A stretch of DNA of 64,000 nt from an uncultured Prevotella sp. (GTDB taxonomy: Bacteria; Bacteroidota; Bacteroidia; Bacteroidales; Bacteroidaceae). A program made the translations under genes and the position numbers. Within the stretch, counting starts at the first letter, position 1. Each line of letters opens with the position of its first letter. The stretch spans positions 1,474-65,473 of the forward strand of contig UQTI01000004.1 of NCBI GenBank assembly GCA_900543975.1, read 5' to 3'. Positions 18,966 through 30,845 of this stretch are shown piece after piece. The notes under the pieces were generated by a model, which saw only the letters and a list, made by a program, of their open reading frames with translations, ran no database searches and had not been told where the DNA came from.

Positions 18966-19616
18966 TTATTTATGATGCTTGTGTTTGGGCGATGCGCCTG
19001 TTGTTGAATCGACGGCAGGGGCATTTTCAGCACTATTCTTTCTATAAGCTTCGAACGCCCTGTTTACTGCCTTAAGAAAGGCCCTTGAGGTGATGGTTGA
19101 AGCCGTGATGGCATCCACGTCTCCACCGTCGTTTTTTACAGCAAGAGGTTTCTTCTCGCTCATCTCACGCCCGACAATACAGCCTTTCGCATCTTTCTGA
19201 AACCATTGGCCAGCCTTTTGACCCAAGCCTGGAGTCTCAGAGGTCTGCAACACCTGATAGCCAAGAATTGTGCCTTTTGTATCGAACCCGACAAGCACCT
19301 TCAAGTTGCCACCGAAGCCCATGACGCTGCTCTCTACGGCACATCCCAGCGGCGTTCCTTTGCTATCGGTTGCGTTGTGAACGATATAGGTTGAAATGTC
19401 TCCATCATGGTTTATACGCACGGTATCTGTAGACGACACCTTTAGTGAGCCGTCAGCCATGACCAAACCGATAGCGTCGGTAAGGGTCTTCTCCTCCTGC
19501 GCCTTTATAGGCCCTTGCGTCATGTTGTTCACCCACGCCAGCAAGCCACCTGCAAACACGGCAACAAGAGTAAGGGCAAGCGCCATGTTTGTGAAAGTAG
19601 ATTTCAGTTTTTCCAT
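18966..19616 (-). CDS. rnfG: Rnf electron transport complex subunit G (FMN-binding)
   Basis: 216 aa with an N-terminal TM anchor and an FMN-binding domain carrying the conserved ITASTITS motif. Confidence 0.8.
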   Translation of the reverse strand: MEKLKSTFTNMALALTLVAVFAGGLLAWVNNMTQGPIKAQEEKTLTDAIGLVMADGSLKVSSTDTVRINHDGDISTYIVHNATDSKGTPLGCAVESSVMGFGGNLKVLVGFDTKGTILGYQVLQTSETPGLGQKAGQWFQKDAKGCIVGREMSEKKPLAVKNDGGDVDAITASTITSRAFLKAVNRAFEAYRKNSAENAPAVDSTTGASPKHKHHK

Positions 19617-19695
19617 CTTTTCAATTTTCGTTTACAGTTCTTTATTTCGTAAACCATTTATTTTTATCAACCCTTTGTCCTTAAGCCCTTCGTTC

Positions 19696-20691
19696 TTAAG
19701 CATTCTTTCCGAAACGTTTGGGTTTGACATAGAAGTTGATGAGTGGTGTGAAAGCGTTCATAACAAGAATTGCGAATGACATGCCTTCAGGATAAGCTCC
19801 CCAGTTGCGAATAACTATTGTCAGAAAGCCTATTGCCACACCATATATGATCTGTCCGCGAGGGGTCATGGGCGAGGTGACATAGTCGGTTGCCATAAAT
19901 ATTGCGCCAAGAAGCAAACCGCCGCTAAGCAACACACCAATAGGGTTCTCATAAGAGGGTGAACACAGATGCAACACACCCGAGAACACAAGCACGGTAG
20001 CGATAATGCTCACAGGAATGTGCCACGTTATGATACGTTTCCAAAGCATGTAAGCAAGACCCAAGAGCAAAGCCAGGGCACACACCTCGCCCAAAGCGCC
20101 AGCTCCATAGCCAAGGGATGTGTTGCCAAGCAACATCGTCATTTCGTCAGGAAGTTTCTCAAGCACAGAAGGATCGTTGCTCTTTATGGCCCATTTCATA
20201 AGACTTAAGGGCGTGGCGCCTGTCGTGGCATCCGTATATTTGAGAAGCTGGCCAGGCACAGGCCATGACGTCATCTGCGCGGGAAAGGACACAAGCAAGA
20301 AACAACGGCCTACAAGTGCGGGATTGAAGAGGTTGCAACCCAGTCCGCCAAACGTCATCTTGCCGACGCCAATAGCAACAAAGGCACCAATAATAATGAT
20401 CCAGACAGGAAGATTGGACGGAAGATTAAAAGCCAAAAGCACACCTGTAAGAACGGCAGACAGGTCGAGAACCGACTTGCCATCGTTATGGAGAAGCCAT
20501 TTGCTGATGGCCCACTCGAAAAATACGCATGAAGCCACACTTACGGCACACACTATGACTGCGCCTATACCAAAATAACAGAATGACACCAACAATGCGG
20601 GGAGAAGTGCGAACAACACACCACGCATGAGCTTGTTCACGCTATTGTCGGCATGGATGTGTGGTGAGGGAGACACTATGAGTTTTGACAT
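19696..20691 (-). CDS. rnfD: Rnf electron transport complex subunit D
   Basis: 331 aa NqrB/RnfD family membrane protein. Confidence 0.85.
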   Translation of the reverse strand: MSKLIVSPSPHIHADNSVNKLMRGVLFALLPALLVSFCYFGIGAVIVCAVSVASCVFFEWAISKWLLHNDGKSVLDLSAVLTGVLLAFNLPSNLPVWIIIIGAFVAIGVGKMTFGGLGCNLFNPALVGRCFLLVSFPAQMTSWPVPGQLLKYTDATTGATPLSLMKWAIKSNDPSVLEKLPDEMTMLLGNTSLGYGAGALGEVCALALLLGLAYMLWKRIITWHIPVSIIATVLVFSGVLHLCSPSYENPIGVLLSGGLLLGAIFMATDYVTSPMTPRGQIIYGVAIGFLTIVIRNWGAYPEGMSFAILVMNAFTPLINFYVKPKRFGKNA

Positions 20692-20721
20692 AATATTTTT
20701 CTATATTAATAACTGTCGCTC

Positions 20722-22071
20722 TTATCCTTTTTTGCGACTTTTCATTATTCCTATTACTGTTGCCTTACCTATGCGAATGTTGTCGAGCAACGGGCGGTGT
20801 GAGGGACAGGTATATTGGCATGAGCCACACTCTATACAAGCAAATATGTCCTCATTCTCAGCACGTTCCCAATTATGAAGCGAGGAAAGTGTCGCAAGAA
20901 GATATGGCTCAAGACCCATCGGACACGCAGCAACACATTTGGCACAACGTATACAAGGCGACGGCTTCTCACGACGAGCCTCATCGTCTGACAGAACGGT
21001 AAGACAGTTTGTTCCTTTAACAACAGGGGCTTCCAAAGAAACGAGCGCCTTGCCCATCATCGGACCGCCAGAAAGAACCTTGTTATCACAAGCGGGAAGA
21101 CCGCCACAGAGGTCAAGAATGTCGGCAGCACTTGTGCCCATACGAACAACAAAGTTGCCAGGCTTCTCTACCCGCTTGCCTGTAACGGTAACATATCTCT
21201 CAAAAAGTGGCTTATGCTTCATTACAGCCTCATAGACAGCAAAGGATGTTGCCACATTCTGCACAACCGCTCCCACATTGATGGGTATGGCTGGAGGCAT
21301 GGGTACCTGACGGCCTGTAACAGCTTCTACGAGTTGCTTCTCACCACCCTGAGGGTAACGCATGGCCAGAGGCACGACCTTTAAGCCTTTGTGACCCGAC
21401 ACTTTCTGTTCCATGAGAGCTATGGCTTCGGGCTTATTGGCCTCTATGGCAATAAAACCTTTTTCCACATTCACGGCTTTCATGAGCAACTCAAGGCCAA
21501 CAACAATCTCGTCTGCATGCTCAAGCATCAGTCGGTAATCGGACGTTATGTAAGGTTCACATTCTACGCCGTTCAAAATCACACATTCGGCCTTAGCTCC
21601 AGGAGGAGGCGTCAGCTTAATGAACGTTGGGAAACCTGCACCACCCATTCCCGTTACACCGGCATCTTTTACACGCTTGACAATCGTCTCGGGTGTAAGC
21701 TCGGGATGTTGGTCAAGAGTCTCTAACGTGGAAGAACGGTCAATAGCAGGAAGCCATTCATCACCTTCCACATCAATTATTATGGCTGGCTTACGATAAC
21801 CGGAGGCATCGGTCACAACATCTACCTTTGACACCACGCCTGACACAGACGAGTGGACAGGGGCTGACACAAAGCCGCCAGCCTCGGCCAACAAGGTGCC
21901 TACCATAACCCTATCGCCTTTCTTAACTACAGGCTTGGCAGGAGCGCCGATGTGCTGCGACAAGGGGAACCACGCCTTCTTGGGCAATGGAGCCTCTTGG
22001 GTGGCGATATCGGCTGTGAGCTTACTGTCACACGGATGAATTCCGCCTTTACTGAATGTATGCAGTTTCAT
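20722..22071 (-). CDS. rnfC: Rnf electron transport complex subunit C
   Basis: 449 aa with two 4Fe-4S ferredoxin motifs (CIRCAKCVAACP, CIECGSCQYTCP) and an NADH-binding domain. Confidence 0.85.
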   Translation of the reverse strand: MKLHTFSKGGIHPCDSKLTADIATQEAPLPKKAWFPLSQHIGAPAKPVVKKGDRVMVGTLLAEAGGFVSAPVHSSVSGVVSKVDVVTDASGYRKPAIIIDVEGDEWLPAIDRSSTLETLDQHPELTPETIVKRVKDAGVTGMGGAGFPTFIKLTPPPGAKAECVILNGVECEPYITSDYRLMLEHADEIVVGLELLMKAVNVEKGFIAIEANKPEAIALMEQKVSGHKGLKVVPLAMRYPQGGEKQLVEAVTGRQVPMPPAIPINVGAVVQNVATSFAVYEAVMKHKPLFERYVTVTGKRVEKPGNFVVRMGTSAADILDLCGGLPACDNKVLSGGPMMGKALVSLEAPVVKGTNCLTVLSDDEARREKPSPCIRCAKCVAACPMGLEPYLLATLSSLHNWERAENEDIFACIECGSCQYTCPSHRPLLDNIRIGKATVIGIMKSRKKG

Positions 22072-22072
22072 A

Positions 22073-22918
22073 TTATTCGTTATCAGTTTTTTCTTTCTTT
22101 ATTACAGGGAAGCCAACGGCCACAATGGCATGGCGCGGACATGCAGCCACACACTTACGACACAAACGACATTTGTCTTGGTCTATATAAGCCACAGCCC
22201 CTTCAACGGCTATTGCTCCAAATGGGCACTCACGAGCACACTTGCCACAACCTATGCAAGAGGTATCGCATACCTTCATCGCAGCAGCTCCCTTATCGTG
22301 GTTGCTGCACGCCACATAGACACGACGGTCTCTTACGCCCTTGTAGCGCAACTCAATTAGATGTCGAGGACAAGCTTTCACACAAGAGCCACAACCCACA
22401 CAAACAGAACTATCAATGGCAGGAATGCCATTTTCGCCTATTTTGATGCCGTTGAAGCTACAGGCCGACACGCAGTCGCCACAACCTAAGCAACCATAGC
22501 CACAAGCGCCCTCACTTGTGCCACAGGTGTTCATAACGGCGCATGTGCGCAAGCCATCGTAGCTTACTGCCGATGACAGGTTGCAGCCTTGACAACGAAC
22601 AACAGCCACACGAGGCTTCTGTTCTGCACCATCAACACCTAAGAGGGCAGAGCATTGTTTCATCACTTCAGCTCCTCCTACAGGACATTGGGGAATGTCT
22701 TTCTCGCCGTTATCTATAGCTTTAACCATAGCCTCTGCCAACGCTTGACAACCAGCGAAGCCACATCCGCCACAATTGGCCTTGGGCAACAGCTCATTAA
22801 TCTGACCAACACGAGGATCCACTTTCACCGCAAACTTACGCGAACAGACATAAAGAACGGATGAAGCTATGAGGGCTATTATACCCAAAGCTAAAACAGA
22901 AACAATTATATAGCTCAT
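22073..22918 (-). CDS. rnfB: Rnf electron transport complex subunit B (polyferredoxin)
   Basis: 281 aa with an N-terminal TM helix plus multiple CxxCxxCxxxCP ferredoxin clusters. Stop/start adjacent to rnfC. Confidence 0.85.
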   Translation of the reverse strand: MSYIIVSVLALGIIALIASSVLYVCSRKFAVKVDPRVGQINELLPKANCGGCGFAGCQALAEAMVKAIDNGEKDIPQCPVGGAEVMKQCSALLGVDGAEQKPRVAVVRCQGCNLSSAVSYDGLRTCAVMNTCGTSEGACGYGCLGCGDCVSACSFNGIKIGENGIPAIDSSVCVGCGSCVKACPRHLIELRYKGVRDRRVYVACSNHDKGAAAMKVCDTSCIGCGKCARECPFGAIAVEGAVAYIDQDKCRLCRKCVAACPRHAIVAVGFPVIKKEKTDNE

Positions 22919-22978
22919 AAATTTAAATATTCATATTATATAATGTCGCTTACCTATGGTTTTCATCTCCCATGTTGC

Positions 22979-23443
22979 CTATAAAGCAACAGCCTCGGGC
23001 ATGAAATGGCGCGACATAAGACCTCTAAAAAAATAAAGCAAGGCGTAATAGATTATCACTATAACAATAGCAACGCACGCAACAATGTCTTCTTTTACAG
23101 AACACGCAAGACCTATTGCACAAACAGATAGCAACACAAGCAATGGGGCACCATAGCCCATGAAGACAGATGCAAGAGCCTTGCCCCTACTCTCTCTCAC
23201 GATAACATTGTCGCCGGGGCATAAACTTTGACCATTTCTTACAAGAGCTGTGACCACCAACGTCTTGCCTTCTGCTGAACGGCATTTGTCTGAAATGTCA
23301 CAAGAAGAGCAAGCCGACATGCAACCCACCCTCACTTTAACATACGCGCCGTCAACAGCAAGAACCGTTCCTGTTCGCGTGATTTGATTAACCATACTCA
23401 TTTTGATTGCAAAAGTAACATATAATTTTGTTTCTGCAAACAA
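22979..23443 (-). CDS. RseC/MucC (SoxR-reducing system) family protein preceding the rnf genes
   Basis: A small protein with Cys-rich N-terminus (CMSACSSCDISDKC) and two C-terminal TM helices. The true start is probably the internal Met near 23401. Confidence 0.55.
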   Translation of the reverse strand: MFAETKLYVTFAIKMSMVNQITRTGTVLAVDGAYVKVRVGCMSACSSCDISDKCRSAEGKTLVVTALVRNGQSLCPGDNVIVRESRGKALASVFMGYGAPLLVLLSVCAIGLACSVKEDIVACVAIVIVIIYYALLYFFRGLMSRHFMPEAVAL

Positions 23444-23550
23444 AAAGTAACACTTTTTATAACCTTCCCAAGGTTACAATATTAACTCAAGCGATGAAAG
23501 GACATCTTTTCAACCTATATGAACACATCATTTTAAACGATACAAGCAAA

Positions 23551-24246
23551 TTATTTTATCTTACGGGCACGCGAATATAGATCAAGAAGCGAGCCACGAT
23601 GCACACCCATCTTCACAAGCTTATCGAGCTCGTCAAGAGCCTCACCCTTACGCTTGAGCGTAATAAGAAGATCCACATAACTAATATGATAATCGGAATT
23701 ATCAGGATCGCGTTTTATAGCCTCCTTAAAATCGTAAACGGCAAGATCGCCCATGCCACGCTCCTTCTCAATGCCGGCTCTTGCTGCATAAGCCACGGCG
23801 CTGTCAGGATGTTGCTCAACCAAAGCATTTATCTGATCAAAAGCTTCCGTAAAATGGTTGTCGCGTTGGTTTAACAAAGCCAATCCAAGCTGTGCTTGAA
23901 AATTGCCTGGTACAACCATCAATATGGCCTCATAGTCGAGACGAGCAAAATTATAGCGTTTAAGTTTTTCATTGGCAAAGGCACGATAATAGCGTGCCGC
24001 GAGATTTGACGGGTCGCGGTTTATAACATAGTCATACTCGTTCTTTGCATAGTCCCATTGTCCTAATTGCAGGTTCCATGCAGCCTTTCTCAATCGCAAG
24101 TCAATAGAGTCGGTATGATAAGCCAACAGCTCTGTGGCAGCCTTAAGGCTGTCACGGAGCTGCTTCTTATCATCCTGCGCCATTGTTCCAAGCGACAGAA
24201 AAAGGAAGAAAAAGCAGACACAACGTCGCATTGTCAACTTATTCAT
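23551..24246 (-). CDS. TPR-repeat protein with signal peptide
   Basis: 231 aa with a signal peptide and TPR motifs. Confidence 0.6.
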   Translation of the reverse strand: MNKLTMRRCVCFFFLFLSLGTMAQDDKKQLRDSLKAATELLAYHTDSIDLRLRKAAWNLQLGQWDYAKNEYDYVINRDPSNLAARYYRAFANEKLKRYNFARLDYEAILMVVPGNFQAQLGLALLNQRDNHFTEAFDQINALVEQHPDSAVAYAARAGIEKERGMGDLAVYDFKEAIKRDPDNSDYHISYVDLLITLKRKGEALDELDKLVKMGVHRGSLLDLYSRARKIK

Positions 24247-24354
24247 CCTATGATAGTTATGTATTTATGTTTATACTGTTTCTTTAATTTTAGAATGTAG
24301 CGAAAGTTTCGTACATAATAGAAAGTTCAACAATCAAAAAAACTGCATAAACGT

Positions 24355-25416
24355 TTATGCTTTCTTGATATAATCAACAATCCAAGCACCCACTTCCTTT
24401 GTGCCGTATGTAGCGCCTCCCTCGACCTGAATTTCAGGTGTGCGAACGTTGGCATCGAGCGAAGCATCAACAGCCTTGCGAATAAGCGCACCCTCTTCGG
24501 CCAAACCGAAATGTTCAAGCAACATGGCACCTGACAGGATTTGTGCAAGAGGATTGGCAATGTTCTTACCAGCAGCCTGAGGCCATGAACCGTGAACAGG
24601 CTCAAAGAGAGGAGTGTGCTCGCCAAGAGAGCTTGAAGGCTGTAGACCCATAGAGCCGGTAATACATGAGGTCTCGTCGGTAAGGATGTCGCCAAAGGTA
24701 TTCTCTGTAACCACAACATCGAAGAAGCGAGGCTCCGTAAGCACGCGCATTGAAGCGTTGTCAATAAACATATAATCGGTTGTAACCTCAGGATATTGTG
24801 GCTCCATCTCCTTAGCAATCTGACGCCACAGACGAGAAGAAGCCAACACATTGGCCTTGTCAACAACCGTGAGGTGCTTGTTACGCTTCATAGCAAATTC
24901 GAATGCAACCTTCAGAATTCGCTCAATCTCAGGACGTGTGTAGATGTCTGTATCATAAGCTTTGTCGTTGTCTTGATACTTCTCACCAAAATACATTCCG
25001 CCCGTAAGCTCACGAATAACAACAAAGTCGGCACCTCTCAACAGTTCGTCTTTAAGAGGCGACTTATGTATAAGGCAATCGAAAGTTGCTACAGGACGAA
25101 CATTGGCAAACAGTCCCAACTTTTTACGCATGGCGAGCAAGCCTTGCTCAGGACGCACCTTGGCTGTTGGATTATTGTCGAAACGAGGATCGCCAACAGC
25201 TGCGAAGAACACGGCATCGGCATCCATACAGGTCTTGAAGGTTGCTTCTGGGAAAGGATCTCCAACCTCATCAATGGCATGAGCGCCACAAATGGCCTCG
25301 TTGTAAGAAAAATCATGTCCAAATTTTTCTGCCACAGCGTTCAACACATCTACACCCTGAGCCATGATTTCCGGGCCTATACCGTCGCCTGCAAGTACTG
25401 CAATATTAAGTTTCAT
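24355..25416 (-). CDS. leuB: 3-isopropylmalate dehydrogenase
   Basis: 353 aa ([17 protein letters not shown]...), isocitrate/isopropylmalate dehydrogenase family, last gene of the leu operon. Confidence 0.9.
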   Translation of the reverse strand: MKLNIAVLAGDGIGPEIMAQGVDVLNAVAEKFGHDFSYNEAICGAHAIDEVGDPFPEATFKTCMDADAVFFAAVGDPRFDNNPTAKVRPEQGLLAMRKKLGLFANVRPVATFDCLIHKSPLKDELLRGADFVVIRELTGGMYFGEKYQDNDKAYDTDIYTRPEIERILKVAFEFAMKRNKHLTVVDKANVLASSRLWRQIAKEMEPQYPEVTTDYMFIDNASMRVLTEPRFFDVVVTENTFGDILTDETSCITGSMGLQPSSSLGEHTPLFEPVHGSWPQAAGKNIANPLAQILSGAMLLEHFGLAEEGALIRKAVDASLDANVRTPEIQVEGGATYGTKEVGAWIVDYIKKA

Positions 25417-25473
25417 AATTATCTCTATTTTAAAATTTTACATTCTGTTTATTAAAGTTTCTGATTCAAGAAA

Positions 25474-27075
25474 TCACTTCTTGTTATTCTCTCCGTTTCC
25501 ATCCTCAATCATGTTGAGCATTTTAAACGTAGCCTTTATAGCCGACTCCGTTTGGTCAGCATCCAGTCCGCGCGTTCGCATAAGCTTATCTCCGTTGCGC
25601 CAAGTTATGACTGTCTGCACAAGAGCATCGGTACGTCCACCAGGAGGAATAGTTACATAATAGTTGTCGAGAGTGGGGAACGAGCGGTTAAGCTTATTCT
25701 TATATATCTTGCGCAAGGCTTTCACGAAAGCGTCATACTGACCGTCACCCGTACTGTCGTCCTCATACTCCTCACCATTTATATTGACCTTTATGCTTGC
25801 AAGCGGCTTAAGTCCGTAGCTCGTTGTGACCATATAGCTCACAAGACGCACCTTGTCTTCAGGTGCCGAATGTTTGAGCACATCGCTAACGATATATGGC
25901 AGGTCATCTTGCGTAACAAGCTCTTTCTTGTCGCCAAGCTCGGTAATGCGTTTCGTAACCTTCTTTGTTTGCTCAGGCGTGAGGTTCAGGCCAAGCTCTT
26001 CAAGGTTACGCGCGATATTGGCACGTCCGCTATTTTTTCCGAGAGCATACTCGCGCTTACGTCCGAAACGTTCTGGCACAAGGTCATTGCAATAGAGATT
26101 GTCCTTGTTGTCGCCATCAGCATGAACGCCAGCCACCTGCGTAAACACATTCTCACCCACGATCGGTTGGTTTGCCGCAATTGCAATGCCACTATAACCT
26201 TCAACCAATCGGCTTATAGAGTTAAGTTGGCTTTCATCAATGCCTGTTTTGGCGTGAAACTGATCTTTCAATATCACCTGGACGCTTGATAGAGGTGCGT
26301 TTCCACAACGTTCTCCCAAACCGTTCACGGTAACATGAAGACCCTTGGCACCACAAAGCACAGCCGCCAAAGAGTTGCTCACAGCAAGATCATAATCATT
26401 ATGAGCATGAAAGTCGAAATGACACTTGGGATAACGCTTTACCATCTTACGCATATACTCCACACATTGCAAGGGGTTCATGATGCCGAGCGTGTCTGGC
26501 AGCAAGAAACGTTTTATGCGTGTGTGGCACAACACGTCCATCAGCTGATACACATACTCAACAGAATCGCGCATGCCAGAACTCCAATCCTCAAGATAGA
26601 GGTTCACATCAAGTCCTTTCTTATCCGCATATTCGAGCGAAGCGAGTATGCCTTCAAGATGCTCTTGAGGCGTTTTCTTCAGCTGTTGGGTACAATGCTT
26701 GAGTGAACCTTTGGCCAAGAGGTTGATGACACGACCGCCACAGTCGGCAATCCAATCGATCGACTCATGGCCGTCAACGAAACCGAGCACTTCTACCCTA
26801 TCCAGCTTGCCCACGCTTTCTGCATAACGGCAGATCATACGCACGGCATCTTTCTCTCCTTCCGACACACGCGCCGATGCCACCTCTATGCGGTCAACAT
26901 TAACCTCACCAAGGAGCTTACGGGCAATCATGAGCTTCTCATGCGGAAGAAAGCTCACGCCGCTCGTCTGTTCGCCGTCGCGTAGTGTGCAGTCCATTAT
27001 TTCCACATAAGGTTGTGTGAAATGAGGGCGTGCTATCTTTTGAGTATTTTCCATTACTTGTTCTTTGCTTCCCAA
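25474..27075 (-). CDS. 2-isopropylmalate synthase/(R)-citramalate synthase family protein (second LeuA paralog, CimA-like)
   Basis: 533 aa with a DRE-TIM barrel (LRDGEQ) and a C-terminal LeuA-dimerisation-like domain. Position between leuD and leuB is typical of the Bacteroidales leu operon. Confidence 0.8.
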   Translation of the reverse strand: MGSKEQVMENTQKIARPHFTQPYVEIMDCTLRDGEQTSGVSFLPHEKLMIARKLLGEVNVDRIEVASARVSEGEKDAVRMICRYAESVGKLDRVEVLGFVDGHESIDWIADCGGRVINLLAKGSLKHCTQQLKKTPQEHLEGILASLEYADKKGLDVNLYLEDWSSGMRDSVEYVYQLMDVLCHTRIKRFLLPDTLGIMNPLQCVEYMRKMVKRYPKCHFDFHAHNDYDLAVSNSLAAVLCGAKGLHVTVNGLGERCGNAPLSSVQVILKDQFHAKTGIDESQLNSISRLVEGYSGIAIAANQPIVGENVFTQVAGVHADGDNKDNLYCNDLVPERFGRKREYALGKNSGRANIARNLEELGLNLTPEQTKKVTKRITELGDKKELVTQDDLPYIVSDVLKHSAPEDKVRLVSYMVTTSYGLKPLASIKVNINGEEYEDDSTGDGQYDAFVKALRKIYKNKLNRSFPTLDNYYVTIPPGGRTDALVQTVITWRNGDKLMRTRGLDADQTESAIKATFKMLNMIEDGNGENNKK

Positions 27076-27644
27076 CTCTCTATCTTGTCTTTGTTCTCCA
27101 ACAGATAGTCGATATCGTCAAGACCGTTCATGAGACAATGTTTCTTGTAGCCATTTATCTCAAAATGTTCGCTCTTGCCTGTAGCTTTGTTTGTAACCGT
27201 CTGGTTTGGCAGGTCAACCTCCACCTCTGTCTTATGATCCTTGGCAATACTCTCGAACAGCTCTTCAAGGAACGGTTCAGAAACCACTACCGGCAGAACA
27301 AAGTTGTTAAGTTCGTTGTTCTTGTGAATGTCGGCGAAGAAGCTACTTATCACCACGCGGAACCCATATCCAGCAATAGCCCATGCTGCATGCTCACGAG
27401 AGGAGCCTGAGCCGAAGTTCTTACCAGCCACAAGAATGACGCCACTATAAGAAGGGTCGTTAAGCACGAAATCTTTTTTAGGTGTTCCGTCAGCATTATA
27501 ACGCCAGTCGCGGAAAAGGTTATCACCCATGCCTTCCTTGTCTGTGGCTTTAAGGAAACGTGCTGGTATAATCTGGTCTGTATCTACGTTTTCAAGCGGA
27601 AGGGGTATGCAAGTGCTTGTTATGATATTGAATTTCTGTTTCAT
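27054..27644 (-). CDS. leuD: 3-isopropylmalate dehydratase small subunit
   Basis: 196 aa aconitase swivel-domain family protein. Confidence 0.9.
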   Translation of the reverse strand: MKQKFNIITSTCIPLPLENVDTDQIIPARFLKATDKEGMGDNLFRDWRYNADGTPKKDFVLNDPSYSGVILVAGKNFGSGSSREHAAWAIAGYGFRVVISSFFADIHKNNELNNFVLPVVVSEPFLEELFESIAKDHKTEVEVDLPNQTVTNKATGKSEHFEINGYKKHCLMNGLDDIDYLLENKDKIESWEAKNK

Positions 27645-27674
27645 CGTTTTTATTAATAATCGTTTTTATTAATT

Positions 27675-29069
27675 TTACATCAGCTCTCGTGGGTCAGTTA
27701 TCTTACCTGTTATTGCAGCAGCAGCTGCAACAAACGGACTGGCAAGAATGGTTCGTGAGCCAGGACCCTGACGGCCTTCAAAGTTGCGGTTACTTGTACT
27801 TACGCTATACTTGCAAGCCGGAATTTTGTCATCGTTCATGGCCAGACATGCAGAGCAGCCCGGCTGTCGAATTGCAAAGCCTGCCTCTTCAAGCACCTTA
27901 TCCAAACCTTCCTCACGAATTTGCTTGTCTACAGCCCAACTGCCAGGCACGAGCCATGCCACAACATTATCGGCTTTCTTATGTCCTTTCACGATGGAAG
28001 CAAAAGCACGGAAATCTTCAATACGGCCATTGGTACAAGCGCCGAGGAACACATAGTCGATAGAGTGGTTCAGCAACTTCTCACCAGGCTCGAAGCCCAT
28101 GTAGCCAAGACTCTTTACGAACGATGCGCGTCCTGCCTCGTCAACGCTCTCAAGTGTAGGTATGTTTTCCGTTATTCCTATTCCCATGCCAGGATTAGTG
28201 CCATAGGTAATGCGAGGTTCTATGTCGGCAGCATTAAATGTAAGCTCTTTGTCAAACACGGCATCGTCGCCGCTCTTTAATGTTTTCCAATAAGCAACGG
28301 CCTTGTCCCAGTCGTCGCCCTTAGGAGCATACTCGCGACCTTTAATATATTCGAACGTTGTCTCATCAGGAGCGACAAAACCACCACGCGCACCCATCTC
28401 TATAGACAGGTTACAAAGAGTAAGACGTCCCTCCATGGACATGTCGCGAACCACGTCGCCAGCATATTCTACAAAATAGCCTGTTGCACCACTTGTGGTC
28501 AGCTGTGACATAAGGTAAAGGGCAACATCTTTTGCGCACACGCCTTTTGCCAACTTTCCGTTTATGTTGATACGCATCGATTTAGGCTTCTGCTGAAGAA
28601 TGCACTCTGATGCCATGACCATCTCTACCTCTGAGGTGCCTATACCGAAAGCCACAGCTCCCACAGCACCATGTGTAGACGTGTGCGAGTCGCCACACAC
28701 TATGGTCATTCCCGGCAAAGAAAGACCCTTCTCCGGACCAACCACATGAATAATGCCGTTGTCTTTAGACATCATGCCGTAATGTGTCAGTCCAAACTCT
28801 TTACAGTTGGCCTCCAACGTGTCTACCTGATGCTTTGACACAGGATCGGCAATAGGCTTGTCTTGATCGTGTGTAGGTGTGTTATGGTCTGGCATACAGA
28901 TTATGTGGTCAGGGCGGAAACATTTCAGTCCGCGAGCACGCAGACCGGCAAATGCCTGAGGCGATGTGACCTCATGACAATATAACCTGTCAATATATAA
29001 TTGTGTTGGGCCGTCCTCAACGACCTGTACTACATGTTTATCCCAAATCTTATCAAATAAAGTATTCAT
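27675..29069 (-). CDS. leuC: 3-isopropylmalate dehydratase large subunit
   Basis: 464 aa aconitase-family catalytic domain with Fe-S ligand cysteines. Confidence 0.9.
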   Translation of the reverse strand: MNTLFDKIWDKHVVQVVEDGPTQLYIDRLYCHEVTSPQAFAGLRARGLKCFRPDHIICMPDHNTPTHDQDKPIADPVSKHQVDTLEANCKEFGLTHYGMMSKDNGIIHVVGPEKGLSLPGMTIVCGDSHTSTHGAVGAVAFGIGTSEVEMVMASECILQQKPKSMRININGKLAKGVCAKDVALYLMSQLTTSGATGYFVEYAGDVVRDMSMEGRLTLCNLSIEMGARGGFVAPDETTFEYIKGREYAPKGDDWDKAVAYWKTLKSGDDAVFDKELTFNAADIEPRITYGTNPGMGIGITENIPTLESVDEAGRASFVKSLGYMGFEPGEKLLNHSIDYVFLGACTNGRIEDFRAFASIVKGHKKADNVVAWLVPGSWAVDKQIREEGLDKVLEEAGFAIRQPGCSACLAMNDDKIPACKYSVSTSNRNFEGRQGPGSRTILASPFVAAAAAITGKITDPRELM

Positions 29070-29159
29070 TATTATAATGTTATGTATTATTTGTTAAACG
29101 TCTTCTTTTAGCTGTCAAAACGTCGTGTTTATTTTTAAGACAATCTATCTGCCGAGCCT

Positions 29160-30662
29160 TTATTTCACTCTAAACTTGTTTATACAATCAATATAAGCCT
29201 CCACAGAAGCCGTCACGATATCGGTATTGGCGCCGAAGCCATAATAAACATTTCCGTCATATTCCACCTGCATGTGAACCTTACCCACATCATCGCTACC
29301 CTTAGAAATGGCTTGTATGGTAAACTCCTTGAGAACCATGTGCTTCTGTATAATCTTTTTCAGGGCGTTTATAGCAGCATCGACAGGACCGTTACCCGTT
29401 GAAGCCTCTTCAAACTTCTGTCCAGAAATGTCAAGACCGATGCTTGCCACACTCTTCACGCCCATACCTGTTGTCACTTGCAGGAAGTCGAGTTTCACGG
29501 CGTGAGCCTCAGCAGTATCAGCTCCGGCAAGAATAAGAATGTCATCGTCGTTAACCTCCTTCTTACGGTCAGCCAACTTGAGGAACTTCTGATAAAGAGC
29601 ATCAAGCTTCTGCTCGTTGTCTATGTTCACGCCAAGCACATGCAGACGATATTTCAAAGCGGCACGACCCGAACGTGCAGTAAGCACAATTGAGTTGTCA
29701 TCCAATCCCACATCCTTGGGGTCCATAATCTCGTAAGTCTGAACATTCTTCAACACGCCGTCTTGATGAATGCCACTCGAATGAGCGAAAGCGTTGCGAC
29801 CCACGATGGCCTTATTGGCCTGAACAGGCATGTTCATGAGCGAGCTTACCATGCGACTGGTGGGGTATATTTTTGTTGTGTTGATGTTTGTATCGATTCC
29901 AAGATTCTTATGACATTTCAGAATCATCGCAATCTCTTCAAGCGAGGTGTTGCCAGCACGTTCTCCAATGCCGTTAATGGTAACCTCCACCTGACGTGCT
30001 CCGTTTATCACGCCGCTGAAGGTGTTGGCTGTGGCCATACCCAAATCGTTGTGACAATGGGTTGAAATAATGGCCTTGTCAATATTGTCTACATGTTCAA
30101 CAAGATATTTAATCTTTGCACCATAATCGGCTGGCAGACAATAGCCTGTGGTATCGGGAATATTTACCACGGTTGCCCCTGCCTTGATAACCGCCTGTAC
30201 GACCTGAGCAAGATACTCATTATCAGTACGACCGGCATCCTCGGCATAAAACTCTACGTCCTCGACATAGCGTTTGGCATATTTCACAGCTGCCACGGCG
30301 CGTTCAAGGATCTCTTCGCGAGTGCTGTTAAACTTATATTTGATGTGACTGTCACTTGTTCCGATACCTGTATGTATGCGCTTGTGCTTGGCATACTTCA
30401 ACGAATCGGCCGCAACATCAATATCCTTCTCCACGGCACGTGTCAAGGCGCATATCGTTGGCCATGTTACAGCCTTGCTAATCTCTATGACAGAGTTGAA
30501 ATCACCAGGACTGGAAATGGGAAATCCTGCCTCAATAACATCTACGCCCAACTGCTCCAGTTGTTTGGCCACCTGAATCTTCTCCACGGTGTTGAGCTGA
30601 CAGCCTGGCACCTGTTCACCATCACGAAGCGTGGTGTCAAAAATAAATAATCTCTCGCTCAT
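29160..30662 (-). CDS. leuA: 2-isopropylmalate synthase
   Basis: 500 aa ([12 protein letters not shown]...HCHNDLG), the short bacterial-type LeuA. First gene of the leu operon. Confidence 0.9.
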   Translation of the reverse strand: MSERLFIFDTTLRDGEQVPGCQLNTVEKIQVAKQLEQLGVDVIEAGFPISSPGDFNSVIEISKAVTWPTICALTRAVEKDIDVAADSLKYAKHKRIHTGIGTSDSHIKYKFNSTREEILERAVAAVKYAKRYVEDVEFYAEDAGRTDNEYLAQVVQAVIKAGATVVNIPDTTGYCLPADYGAKIKYLVEHVDNIDKAIISTHCHNDLGMATANTFSGVINGARQVEVTINGIGERAGNTSLEEIAMILKCHKNLGIDTNINTTKIYPTSRMVSSLMNMPVQANKAIVGRNAFAHSSGIHQDGVLKNVQTYEIMDPKDVGLDDNSIVLTARSGRAALKYRLHVLGVNIDNEQKLDALYQKFLKLADRKKEVNDDDILILAGADTAEAHAVKLDFLQVTTGMGVKSVASIGLDISGQKFEEASTGNGPVDAAINALKKIIQKHMVLKEFTIQAISKGSDDVGKVHMQVEYDGNVYYGFGANTDIVTASVEAYIDCINKFRVK

Positions 30663-30845
30663 TGTCGTTCTATTAATGTTTGTTTTTCTATTTCCTTTAT
30701 AAAATAACTCTGGTTTTCGCCATTTTTTAAATCATCGTTTTGGCGTTTATCCTTTTTAAAACAAGATATGAAAGCTATAACGAAAGAGCCTTTCACACTA
30801 CACATGGGGAAGTGAGAAAGGCTCTTGCTATATAATCTGCTACGG